Source of the DNA: Marsupella aquatica
Lineage: Eukaryota; Plantae; Marchantiophyta
NCBI GenBank assembly: GCA_973895155.1
Contig: OZ316897.1
Coordinates: 6,089,327 to 6,153,326 of the forward strand
Direction of reading: 5' to 3'
Length of the DNA: 64,000 nt
Part shown: positions 34,945-45,717 of the stretch, in pieces
Position numbering within the stretch: position 1 is the first letter of the stretch
Layout: the number at the start of each line of letters is the position of its first letter
Translations under genes and position numbers: made by a program
The notes under the pieces: model-generated
What the model saw: only the letters and a program-made list of their open reading frames with translations
Databases searched by the model: none
What the model was told of the DNA's origin: nothing

Positions 34945-35579
34945 TGTTTGAAAGGTTAATGAAGAATGAAGCTCATAATTGGTATACTCTATCCCTCACT
35001 CCTGTGTACAAGGCACTTAACCAAACTTACAAAATGCTTTTAGGAAAGAGTTTAGAAAAGCAGGAGCTACGTCTATTGTGTGTCTATTGTGTTAGCTTGA
35101 CTTCAGAATTTGCGTGAGGAAGAGGGACAAGTTGAGAACTTATTCTCAGAATATTAGAAAGTTAATTCTTAAACTTAGACCCCTCCCCTGTGATGAAATG
35201 CAAACTGAGTATTTTATAGGAGGATTGCCTAGAGAAATGAATAGATATGTTAGAAGGCACACCCTGCTAATTTAGGAGCAGCCAGTGGCAAAAGAATTTG
35301 AGGATACTGAAATGTCGAGGTACACAACTTCATCAGTCACTGATTTCAGATCGCCCCCGAAACTCAGCGACGCCGCCGACATGGACTTGATTCACACTCG
35401 CAGTCAACCCTATGTCGGCGTCCACTCCGACATTGTTTTGGGTTGTGCAGTTCGGACAATTTGTAATGTCGGCTACCTCTCTGACCATCTTGGTGCCCTC
35501 TCTGACCATCTTGGCGCCCTCTCTGAGATATCCTTGGAGTGTTGTGTCCATCTCGGCTGAGCTCGCCAAGATGAAAACA
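34945..35579 (-). mobile_element. Possible solo LTR
   Basis: TGTTT...AAACA ends, reverse-strand cctataaaa at about 35212-35220, internal 21-bp repeats; no matching TSD. Confidence 0.4.
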
Positions 35580-36359
35580 TATTGAGGCTGCTATATGGTG
35601 AATGCACATTTCAGATTTTGTCTTATTCAGATTTTTATGTCAGTATTTTCATTTCAATCTGCCTTATCAAGGGGCAGCCTTTGTATTCTATACATTTATA
35701 ATTAATTTTTAGACCCCTTTAGTTTTAGGTATTCTAGAGTGTTTTGAACTTATTTTTGCAACCCCCTCTCATAGTATGTGTTTTCTTAGAGATGAAACCA
35801 AAGGCTCCACCACCACCACGAGTGAGAGAAATGATGTTGAAGAACATGAATGCATAGCCTCTTAAGTTCTCCTCATGTTTTTCTTTCCTAGGTTTATGGT
35901 TTTTATTGAAAGGAGTGTCATTCATAAGGCACCCTGAGTTAAGTGCACACATCGTAGCATCGTTTGACTGTACCTTTTCTTGGTCACTATGCTTTTTTTG
36001 GCAGAAACTTTACTTATATAACAGCACTTCTATGCTCTCATATTTTATTTACTTTCAGATCACTACAAGACAAAAAATAAAGCATGTTTCAGGATGAGCA
36101 TGCTATATTGAGCAACGTGTACAACATAGCATATCAAATAGGAGCCACATTAAGAACATTTGGATGACACACTTTTATTAAGCTTTGTACAGTTACAACA
36201 ATGTTGTCTATCTCAATTTTCTGAACTAAATTCCACTAGGCTACGTCTCCATCTTCCATCTCTACAGGCTAATTGTCAGGCAGACAAGGTCCACAACAAT
36301 CTTTTTCTGCATGATGTCTATAAGTGCAGGTTCAAAGGTCAGTACGCCGCCTCGAGAAA

Positions 36360-36843
36360 TACGCTCATGTAGATAAAGATATGTACACCGCAATTGTAAT
36401 CATCCCCTTGTGTTATCTCAATAAATGCATGGCCATTCTAATGGACATAACAAGGGACGACCCCGCAAGATGGAGAGGTCCGAAAGATATTGAGCTATAT
36501 TCAACACTTTTGCGCCATCCTGTACTTTGGGCACAAGCGGATCAAGTAAATGTAGTTGCCGCAAGGCAGTATCAACCACAACTAGTACCCAGTGTTTTGG
36601 CCGGTAGACGGGGATTAAAATGTACTCGTGGTCCCACATTTTAATGCCCTGCCAATATGCCAACGCTGCGTTGAAGTTATATTCCAGACTTGTCATCACT
36701 TGGTAAAAATGTGTTGGCAATAACATGGTCTTGGGTAAATCAAGGGTTTGTGCTCATCATTCCAGTAAAGCAACGTAAGCATTGATGACATCGCAAATGA
36801 GCCATTTTTTTGGCCTCAAGCATTTTAAATGTGCCCTTGTCAA
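36360..36843 (-). pseudogene. Ulp1/C48 SUMO-protease-like pseudogene (TE cargo)
   Basis: LKCLRPKKWLICDVINAY, ILIPV..KHWVLVVVD..LDPL and QGDDYNCGV recovered across frameshifts. Confidence 0.85.
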
Positions 36844-36845
36844 TC

Positions 36846-37315
36846 GACGGATCTCAGAGAGGCCAACCTTGATGACTCTTCTATCGATGAATCTTGGAGA
36901 GGGCAGCCAAGATTGACTCTTCAATCAACGGATCTCGGAGAGGCCAACCGAGATGACTATTCCTGAGATGGATCTCGGAGAGGCCAGCCGAGATGACTCT
37001 TTCATCAATGGATCTTGGAGAGGCCAGCCAAGATGACTCTTTGATTGACGGATCTCGGAGAGGCCAGCCAAGATTGACTCTTCCTGAGACAGACAGATCT
37101 TGGAGAGGCCAGCTGAGATGACTATTCTTGAGACGGATCTTGGAGAGGCCAGCCAAGATTGACTATTCTTGAGATAGATCTCGGAGAGGCCAGACAAGAT
37201 TGACTCTTCTTGAGATGGATCTTGGAGAGGCCAGCCAAGATGACTCTTCCTTAGACGGATCTCGGAGAGGCCAACCGAGATGACTCTTCCTGAGACAGAT
37301 CTTAGAGAGGTCAGT
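36846..37315 (+). repeat. About 40-bp minisatellite, about 12 units
   Basis: gacggatctcggagaggccagccaagatgactcttc consensus with unit-level variation. Confidence 0.95.
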
Positions 37316-38389
37316 CGGGTACTCAACAATGTCAGCCGCAATGGACTTGTCATTGCATGTAGAGGAATGAATCTTGGCGAGGTCCGCCAACATGCATCTC
37401 AAGTTAGGACTTGCCCTTGCTTGTAGAGGAGGCCAAACGCTATGCATGTTGGCGGGGTCCACCAACATGCATCTCAAGTTAGCACTTGCCTTGCTTGTAG
37501 AGGAGGCCAATGCTATGAATGTCAGCAAGGTCAGCCGACATGCATTCATCTCGGTGAGGCCGCTGACTTGTATTTCTCTACTGTCAACCATTGCGATGAG
37601 CAAGCAGATATGAAATGAACAACATCAAACGCCAGAAAACTTACATGTTGTTGGGAATACTGCCAGCTTTTTCTTCTTGCACTTTTCTGAATTGGCTTTT
37701 GAACGGACCACCAATACCTCTTCCTCCTCCGGGGAGAGCACTCCAACCAGTTCTGCCAGTTGGTCTTGTGCACAAGTTTTGAAGTGCCGACAGGATTTAG
37801 TCCCAAACACCATCCGCCCGTAGTTCTCACCTGCCTTGAATATTGCCCCAAATTGTGCGGTGAAAGTGAGGATATTGCCCCGCTATGTTGTATATTTGAT
37901 GTTACATTGGAGCGTTGCTGGTGTGACGCCACCAGCACAGCTGGTAATGAGTAATACAGCTTAATCCGTGTTAAGCACGTATGAAGTAGACATAGGAATT
38001 CATAGTTATTAGTATAACGACACAAACTTAGCTAGTCAAGATGCTTAGGATAGGTTTAGTAATAATGGGAATGGGAGTTCACACTCGGGCTGGCGGCACA
38101 GCACCTGACATACTACCGGATTAGGAGCGCGTTATGGCTGTCAATCTCGGCCGTATAACTATGCCGATAGCCAATCTTTGGCACGCTCTGACCCGGACTG
38201 GAGGAGTGATCGATAAGCCTTGAGCATGATAAGCTCGGCCTATCACAGGCCAGAGGGGCAAATTGGTCAACGCACAGTAGGGGTATAAAAGGAAGGCTCT
38301 TCCCCGTCTTAGGCTACCAGTTCTCTCCTGGCGCAAGCTTTGAGCTTGCCCCCTTCTTGCACTTAGTAATTTAGCCAGCCCTTAACACC

Positions 38390-40555
38390 TTGCCATATGT
38401 CTGTCATGGTTATGTCCCGTTCTGCTATTTGCTATTGGTATCAATTCCTAGGCATCTTGCGACCTCACTTGCCAAACACAACCTGCGAAAGTATGAAGCC
38501 AAAAGGCATTACAAACGGCTTATCCATTTGAACGGGCGCTCTTATTACAACAACGACCTCAACCTTCCGTTTGAGAGCAAGTACTGTCGAGACAAAGAGA
38601 TTTCTGAGTTTTTCTTTGAGGGAATCAAGTACATGGGTTTTGGAGGAGCCCTCCTCCAACTCCCGGACAAAGTTTTCAAGATCCTTGGCACGGTGGACTT
38701 ACAACGTCATCACTTTGATGACATACCCGCCAAGGTACAGGCCTTCCTCGACTGTTGGTTTGGCAATAGTCCAAACCCGGGAGGACCTTCATCAATTGCA
38801 GCATCGCTTGGCTTCCCATCTGGAACTCTGGGTCCCACGGCACCTCCTCCAGCAACACCTACGGCCAACTCACCAGTGTGAGGACAGGCGCAAACACCGC
38901 CCCGAGCACCCTCAAGGCGCTCTCCACCACCGGTCGCACCCCCCTCTTGGATGCGATCTGTGGTAACGCGGTCAACTTGAGCTTGGAAGACAAGGAGGCC
39001 CCTTCCCTTGTCCATAATCCACCGGGTACTCATCAACACGTGGTAGGTACCTTTCCACTGCACCAGCAAGCCCAAACCTGGGAGGCAGCCCCGGTGGACA
39101 ATACCGTGACGGTTGCAGCCCCAGCACCAGTATGAACAGTGGTAGCAATACCGACCCCATCGGAGAAAGAAGACGGGGAGATGTCCCCCTCAACAAGCCA
39201 TCCAAGGAACCATTTTTGGGGTAAGAAGAGGAAGGAGCCAGCCTCAGTATCCGGCTTACCCATGGCCACCGTTGCAGTGGCCAAATTGACCATGCATCCA
39301 ATTGGGGAGAATGTCCAAAAAAACATTCTCCACCCAAAGCATGCATGTTACCTAAAGACCCGAAGGTTCAAGCACCTCACCACCCTCCCTTGGAACACTT
39401 GCAAGTATTACGGGCAAGATATGACGGAGTTCATCTAGAACTTTGACGAGGCCCGTCAACAGACCCATGCGCACGGACAAGTAATGTCCCTGAACGAGGC
39501 ACGGCTTAAACTCATCTTTGGCCTCCAGCTCTGGTAGAGAGTATCAAAACTCCAAAACCAAAGACTAAGGTGGCTCTAGAGCCATGGGATCCTAAAGATT
39601 ATGTGAAGGATGCAAAGTATTTCCATGTCACATTTGGTCTTCCAAATGAAGGTGTTAATCCTCATAAGATCAAAGACATTTCCAAGGAGCAATTGGCTGA
39701 AGTGTTTGGAGAAAGACAGGAATGGGTATAAGTTGAGTCTCTGTGTGGGCCTCCCAATTGAGGAGGTTTTGCAGCTATCCCAAGTCGTGGATGGTTATGA
39801 TGCACCAGTGAATGGATTCTTGTCTTTCACTTTCATCAAAGGGGCATATGCAGAAATGATCCAAAGGAAAAAGGTGGACTGGTGTGTGTATGCGGTGTCA
39901 AAGCTGAAGGGGCAAATTGCCCAGTGGGAGCGAGATGGCAAGGGTAAGCCAAATGGACCTCCTTGCATTAGGAGGTTGCGTCTGTATTTGCCACCAGTGC
40001 CTCAGGAATTTAGTGAAGATACTCAGAATCGGGTTAGGAAAAAGATTTGTATCAAGCATCAAGCACCAGGGGACAAAGCTCATCCGGGGACAGCTGATTC
40101 AGGAGCGGATTTTGGTAGCAAGGGAAGCGCATACGAGAGCGCACATCCCAAACCATTGGAGGCTGCCCTTTCTGCCCCCGCAACAACAGCCTATTTCTCC
40201 TGTTGTCCCTATATTGCCAAGATGTCTTTTGCTTGCTATTCTGGATGGGCAAATAGTCACAATCAAATGCAGTCTTAGAGACACCCATGAGAGCATCAGT
40301 AAGATTTTGAAGACTGTGCAAGACTTGGAGGCAGCAAACTAGGAGGATCATCCAAGACTCAGCTCTGATCTGGTGGACCAACTTCAGAAACTACAGCAAG
40401 AATTGCAAGATGTGAGAATCAAAGTGAAGGCCGCAGACACCTTGTATGATGACATATCAACAGAAATAGAGCTTGAGGAGCTCAAGGGAGAGAAAGTTGA
40501 GGAGGTACAATGTCAGACCACATACCTGTCCCTGTGTCCATCAAACTATTTGTAG
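38390..40555 (+). pseudogene. Degenerate TE accessory ORFs, unknown function
   Basis: Interrupted protein-like frames (KDRNGYKL...KKVDWC, coiled-coil tail) resembling extra ORFs of plant LTR elements; TATA-like at about 38284. Confidence 0.4.
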
Positions 40556-40842
40556 GCTGGATATATATGTTTAGTTGAGATGTTGGATTCAATTTAGCAG
40601 GACGAGGCATTGATGCATTGACGATGAGCTGCAAATAATGTTGTTGTGTGCATATCGTTTTTTTGGGGGGGGGGGGGTGGGGGGCAGGAAAGCTATGTTG
40701 TTATGGTAATGGTATTGGTAATGGTAATGGTAATGTATTATAAGCTCCGGGACCATGAAAGTCAAAGGAGCTGCCACAAAAAGTAAAGTACAATGCAATC
40801 AAAGAAAAGAGCAACCAAAAGAGATTGCTCAAACGAGGACAA

Positions 40843-43800
40843 CTATGTCCTCAAAGAAACTATGGACCTAGAGAGCCCTGAAAGATTTTCCAAACCTATT
40901 CTCCTTTCCCTATCCACCGCAAAGATATATCTTCCAAGTTGCTGAGGGGGCAGACCAAACAATGCATACAAATCTTTCACCAAGATTTGAGATGCCATCC
41001 TAACCCCCTCATAAAACTTGCAAGCAATGAATACATGATATTCATTCTCTATACTAGAGCTATCACATAGTTGACAAACCCTCTTTTTCCTGTCAATATC
41101 CTTCCATCTCCCTTGTTCTACTTCAAGGTGGTGTGAGCTTAGTCTATACTGAGCAATAAGTTGTCTAAGTTGTACTGAGATAGTGCTAGATAAGTATTCT
41201 TGTTCTCGATATTTCTTCATGGGGTTCACATCTCTCATGTAGTATTGTTGCCGTGGGCTAGGTTCATGCCAAAGTTTGTGCAAAGCCTTTTGCTCAAGTT
41301 TTGCTCTTAGCTTGGTTGGGTGTGTTGGCCATTCATGTTCAGGAAAATCCCAAGCATGGGCCCACCTGCACACATCTGCATACCACCCTTTAGCTGAAGA
41401 TGAGCGCAAGGCATGAAAAGGAAATCTGTTTTCCTCCAACTCTCTTACACGCATGATGTATTTGAGTGTGTGGAAGAGTGCCTCCACCTCCAAAGGAAAC
41501 AAGCCTGCCTCTGCAAGTGTAAGTGCATATGGGGTTTGTGACTTGATCCCAAGCTCCATCTCAAGAAATAGCTTTTGCAGCCCCTCAATCTGTTGCCACC
41601 CAGATTTAGACACACCTGCTCCCCAAATTGGTGCTCCATAAAGAATGACTGGTTTCACCAAAGCTCCAAAGAGATGTTTCCTTAACCTCCAAGTGTGTAG
41701 ACCAGCTCTTTTGCATTTGTTCATGAATGCATAAAAAGCTTTGTACCCATTGCCAGCCCTAGATTTTACACATGAGGCCCAACTCAAGTTTTGAGAGAAC
41801 TCCACCCCAAGGTATTTGTAGGTCCTCACAAATTCCACCAGATTCCCTTGGAAGTAGAGCTCTGGATTTTGTCGTGTGCCAATGCCCAAACACTTGGTCT
41901 TCTTGAGGTTGACTACCATCCCTGTTGCTTGACAAAACTCCTCCAAGGCATTGAGATGTCTTTGCAAAGCTTCTTGAGCATGAGCAAGTAGGACCACATC
42001 ATCTGCAAATATAAGAAGTTGGAGGACAAACCTACCCAATTGAGTGCCAACTCCACCATGCTCCTCCAAAATGTTGTGTAGCTGATCAATGAAGATGCCA
42101 AAGAGAGTTGGTGAGAGAGGACAACCTTGGATCACCCCAAGAGTGCTCCAGATTTCTTCAGAGGTTTCCTTTGAAAGTTTGATGCGCACTTCTTGGTACA
42201 ATTTAGAAACAGCCAACCTGAGCTCTTCAGGCACTTCCAACTCCACCATCCTATCCCAAAGCTTGGATCGGGAAACTTTGTCAAAGGCCTTGGAGAAGTC
42301 CACAAACAAGCAAAATAATGGTTTATGTGGAGATTTGGCCTTTTCACACAACACCCTCAAGCAGAGAATGTGATCCATAGTGCTGAATTCTCTCCTAAAA
42401 CCTGCTTGTGAAGGTGCCCTTTTCATCTCACTCTCCAACCAAGAGCTTAATCTGGCTTCAAGTAGTCCTCCCAAAACTTTAGCAAAAGTATTGCCTACCA
42501 TGATGGTTCTGTAGTTGTGCACATCGTCCTTGTTGCCTACCTTGAAGATAGGCACCACTCTTCTGGTCATCCAAGCTTTAGGTAAACCTAAAGCCATTGC
42601 TTGATTCAGCTCATGCACCAAGTTTGTTAGTAAAGAGGGTCCTCCCCACAAAAGAAGCTCCAAGTTCAGGCCCAACAGATCTTTAGCTTTCCCATGTTGC
42701 ATGTGGGAAAGATGCACCTTCACCTCCCTCTCTGTAAACTGAATGGTGTCCCCAAGGGGCAAAGGCATGCCACTAGCATCTGGAAAGAAATACAAGGATG
42801 TGACATAGGTTACCAGGTCCTGGTGATCCAAGGGGGGAGTAGTCTTGCCTGATTGCATTCTCTCCCAAAAATGTTTTGGATGTTTGATGAACTCCTCACA
42901 TAGTGATTGTTGATGACTCTTCAAGAAGCACCTCTTCTTGTGTTTGATGAAGTTCTTGTACATAGTGAATGCCAAAAGTCTCTTTTCCCCTGAATGTGAT
43001 CTTGCTTGCATCCTTGCTCTAGCACAATCCTCGTCAAACCAAGCCTTCATGTTTTGCTTTCTAGGGGGTTTGGTGGAGAAAGTAGAGGCTGCTGCTTGTG
43101 CTATGACTTCTGAGAGCTCAATCTGATCATCCAGGGTATGGAGAAGATGGTCAAAGTTGGCTTTGAAGATGACTTCTCTATCAGGGTCTAGAAACAGAGG
43201 TTTGGGTACTGGCTTTCTGTGCACTTTGTTTGGGATTGTGGCCAGGTCAAGATGGAACAACAAAGGCAAGTGTGAAGACTCTGGTTGTTGATCAAGTATT
43301 TGAAAGTCAACCACTCTAGTGGCAGAGGTAGGTGAGGCAAGAAGGTAATCAATGGTACTACATCCTTGTTTAGATCTAAAAGTGTAACCAGATGATTGGG
43401 GAAATCTCTCAAGCCCATTCAATATTCTTAGACTACAAGAAGCTCCCAAATGCAAAAAGTGACATGTCATGTCATTTGTTCTGGTGTCAAGAGCCTCTCT
43501 CACCCAAGGTATCTCTTCACTACATGATGACCAAGGTAAAGTTCCTAAGTCCTCACTTTCAGTAAATTGTTCATTAGATACCCTGGCATTAAAGTCCCCC
43601 ACTATCCATGTCTCCCCTAGTGGTGATATATCATGAATGACTTGGATTAACCTATGAAATGGATAATGTGCATCAGCAATTCCCATCTTATAGACATTCA
43701 TATTAAGGGGAGCAAAGTAGGTGACAATCAGAAATGATGGAGTACCTCTGGTATGAAGTCTCACCACCATGAACTGCTTGCTGGGATCTTCATGTTCAAT

Positions 43801-44046
43801 AGAGGTGATGTGTTGAAGTTGATTCTTGGTGTAGACAGCAATGCCTCCAAACCCTCTTCCCCGTGTGGTCTTCTTCTCATTGAAGATGGATTGTATGCAA
43901 GTAAAGCCTTTAATGCTAGGTAGAGCATTTCCCTCATATTCCCAAGTCTCCGTGAAAAGCAAGATGTCAAAATTCTCAAACAAAGGTTCCCCTCCAATTG
44001 CTGTTTCTATGGAAAGTCCTAAAACATTCCATGCCATGACTCTCAA
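40843..44046 (-). CDS. LINE ORF2: AP endonuclease, RT, C-terminal CCHC finger (1067 aa, uninterrupted)
   Basis: AWNV.GL, TETW, GDFNAR, IDY, ESSH.P; QAGFR, VDFSKAFD, QGCPLSP, FADD, YKYLG; CQLC..ENEYH..C. Confidence 0.97.
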   Translation of the reverse strand: MRVMAWNVLGLSIETAIGGEPLFENFDILLFTETWEYEGNALPSIKGFTCIQSIFNEKKTTRGRGFGGIAVYTKNQLQHITSIEHEDPSKQFMVVRLHTRGTPSFLIVTYFAPLNMNVYKMGIADAHYPFHRLIQVIHDISPLGETWIVGDFNARVSNEQFTESEDLGTLPWSSCSEEIPWVREALDTRTNDMTCHFLHLGASCSLRILNGLERFPQSSGYTFRSKQGCSTIDYLLASPTSATRVVDFQILDQQPESSHLPLLFHLDLATIPNKVHRKPVPKPLFLDPDREVIFKANFDHLLHTLDDQIELSEVIAQAAASTFSTKPPRKQNMKAWFDEDCARARMQARSHSGEKRLLAFTMYKNFIKHKKRCFLKSHQQSLCEEFIKHPKHFWERMQSGKTTPPLDHQDLVTYVTSLYFFPDASGMPLPLGDTIQFTEREVKVHLSHMQHGKAKDLLGLNLELLLWGGPSLLTNLVHELNQAMALGLPKAWMTRRVVPIFKVGNKDDVHNYRTIMVGNTFAKVLGGLLEARLSSWLESEMKRAPSQAGFRREFSTMDHILCLRVLCEKAKSPHKPLFCLFVDFSKAFDKVSRSKLWDRMVELEVPEELRLAVSKLYQEVRIKLSKETSEEIWSTLGVIQGCPLSPTLFGIFIDQLHNILEEHGGVGTQLGRFVLQLLIFADDVVLLAHAQEALQRHLNALEEFCQATGMVVNLKKTKCLGIGTRQNPELYFQGNLVEFVRTYKYLGVEFSQNLSWASCVKSRAGNGYKAFYAFMNKCKRAGLHTWRLRKHLFGALVKPVILYGAPIWGAGVSKSGWQQIEGLQKLFLEMELGIKSQTPYALTLAEAGLFPLEVEALFHTLKYIMRVRELEENRFPFHALRSSSAKGWYADVCRWAHAWDFPEHEWPTHPTKLRAKLEQKALHKLWHEPSPRQQYYMRDVNPMKKYREQEYLSSTISVQLRQLIAQYRLSSHHLEVEQGRWKDIDRKKRVCQLCDSSSIENEYHVFIACKFYEGVRMASQILVKDLYALFGLPPQQLGRYIFAVDRERRIGLENLSGLSRSIVSLRT

Positions 44047-44058
44047 GGTCCCAATCCA

Positions 44059-44725
44059 TCATTTAGAAACAACTCTCTTCTTATTGGTAACAACAGCTTG
44101 TCCATTGCGCAAGTAGGCTACCAATCCTTGGTCTTTGGCTACCCTCACCTTCTCAAGCTCAATTTTCCTTGCTTGGACTTGTGTGGGAGTCAGATCATCA
44201 TCCAACCAAATCCTTAGCCCTTTAAGCATGCTCCTGTTAGCCATCACTCTAGCTTTCTCAGATTCAGCTGCAAACTTCACCAAGATTGGACGTGGAAGGT
44301 TCCCGTTCTTTTGCCCAATCCTATATGCTTGCAAAATGATAGGGTCATGCACTTTCATCTGAGATTGGAAGAATGAAATTGCTACCTTCTTGGTGTCTTC
44401 CTTCTCCTCCTCAACAAGGCCTGATATTTTGCAGTTGCTGACTCTTGCATGCTGGTTCTTGTGTTCTTCCTCTAGTGCTCTCCTCTCCTCCTCCTTGGCT
44501 TGGACAAATTCCATATGTGATTGTTTTGCAGCCTGTGCAAAGGTTTTGAGCTTCTCCTCAATCTCCCCTACAGCCTCATGTATCACTGATTTCTCTGGGC
44601 ACATACTCTTCTCCATGTCTCCAAAACACGATGCAAGCAATGAGAGTTGCTTACCATTCTCCTGAGTTTGAGATCGAAGATCACTAATCAACCTCTTTTG
44701 CTTGACATTCTCATTCTTTAGCTCC
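44059..44725 (-). CDS. LINE ORF1 (coiled coil plus RRM/CTD-like), N-terminus missing
   Basis: N..ISGL.EE..ED, AYRIG..PRPILVKF, IWLDDDLT. Confidence 0.85.
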
Positions 44726-45336
44726 GTATGCAGATGTGTGCAGGTGGGCCCATGCTTGGGATTTTCCTGAACATGAATGGCCAACACACCCAACCAAGCT
44801 AAGAGCAAAACTTGAGCAAAAGGCTTTGCACAAACTTTGGCATGAACCTAGCCCACTGCAGCAATACTACATGAGAGATGTGAACCCCATGAAGAAATAT
44901 CGAGAACAAGAATACTTATCTAGCACTATCTCAGTACAACTTAGACAACTTATTGCTCAGTATAGACTAAGCTCACACCACCTTGAAGTAGAACAAGGGA
45001 GATGGAAGGATATTGACAGGAAAAAGAGGGTTTGTCAACTATGTGATAGCTCTAGTATAGAGAATGAATATCATGTATTCATTGCTTGCAAGTTTTATGA
45101 GGGGGTTAGGATGGCATCTCAAATCTTGGTGAAAGATTTGTATGCATTGTTTGGTCTGCCCCCTCAGCAACTTGGAAGATATATCTTTGCGGTGGATAGG
45201 GAAAGGAGAATAGGTTTGGAAAATCTTTCAGGGCTCTCTAGGTCCATAGGGCTCTCTAGGTCCATAGTTTCTTTGAGGACATAGTTGTCCTCTTCTGAGC
45301 AATCTCTTTTGGTTGCTCTTTTCTTTGATTGCATTG
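44726..45336 (+). mobile_element. Inverted tail-less 3' fragment of the same LINE family
   Basis: Matches 4565-5175 including the 18-bp duplication that the adjacent long copy lacks. Confidence 0.95.
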
Positions 45337-45361
45337 CGGAGTGGACCTCCAAGAAGATTTG

Positions 45362-45717
45362 CCATTGCGGAGTGGACCTCCAAGAAGAGAGGGGGCAAAT
45401 GCACGACAAGCGACCACGTCCTTGCTGGAGGTGGGACGCATGTCTACTTCAAATGGCATGCACAAAAGTGGCATAACCAACGGGGCTGCCCTCAATCCCA
45501 TAGAGGCTTTTGCGCACCCTAAAAAAGCAGAGGAGGTGGGCTGTATTTAGTGTATAGCACAGGCCAATGGTGTAACAGTTCAAGATGCTGCTCCAAGGGA
45601 TACGGAAATTTCATTTCCAGTGCCATAAACAGAGCAGCTTCATCAATCTACATTTTAATTACGAAAGATATCCAAAAACCATGTGTTTTTTGCACGGGAA
45701 AAATTGTAGAAACCGGC
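45362..45717 (+). repeat. 356-bp direct copy of 26894-27249
   Basis: No differences seen by eye; preceded by a 26-bp partial copy at 45332-45357. Confidence 0.95.

Larger units (their letters stand above)
40703..44725 (-). mobile_element. Near full-length RTE-X-like LINE (5' end truncated within ORF1)
   Basis: (CATTAC)n-type tail at 40703-40735, short 3' UTR, intact ORF2, partial ORF1. Clade label is inferred from architecture only. Confidence 0.93.

Noticed and set aside
36846-37315. CRISPR-like array
   Set aside because: Units are contiguous degenerate repeats with no unique spacers; no cas genes; eukaryotic context.
40664-40685. G-run and possible G-quadruplex beside the LINE tail
   Set aside because: Simple homopolymer with no supporting evidence of function.
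44726-44808. N-terminus of ORF 44059..44808 (MLLAWLGV...)
   Set aside because: It is antisense of the inverted LINE fragment, not real ORF1.
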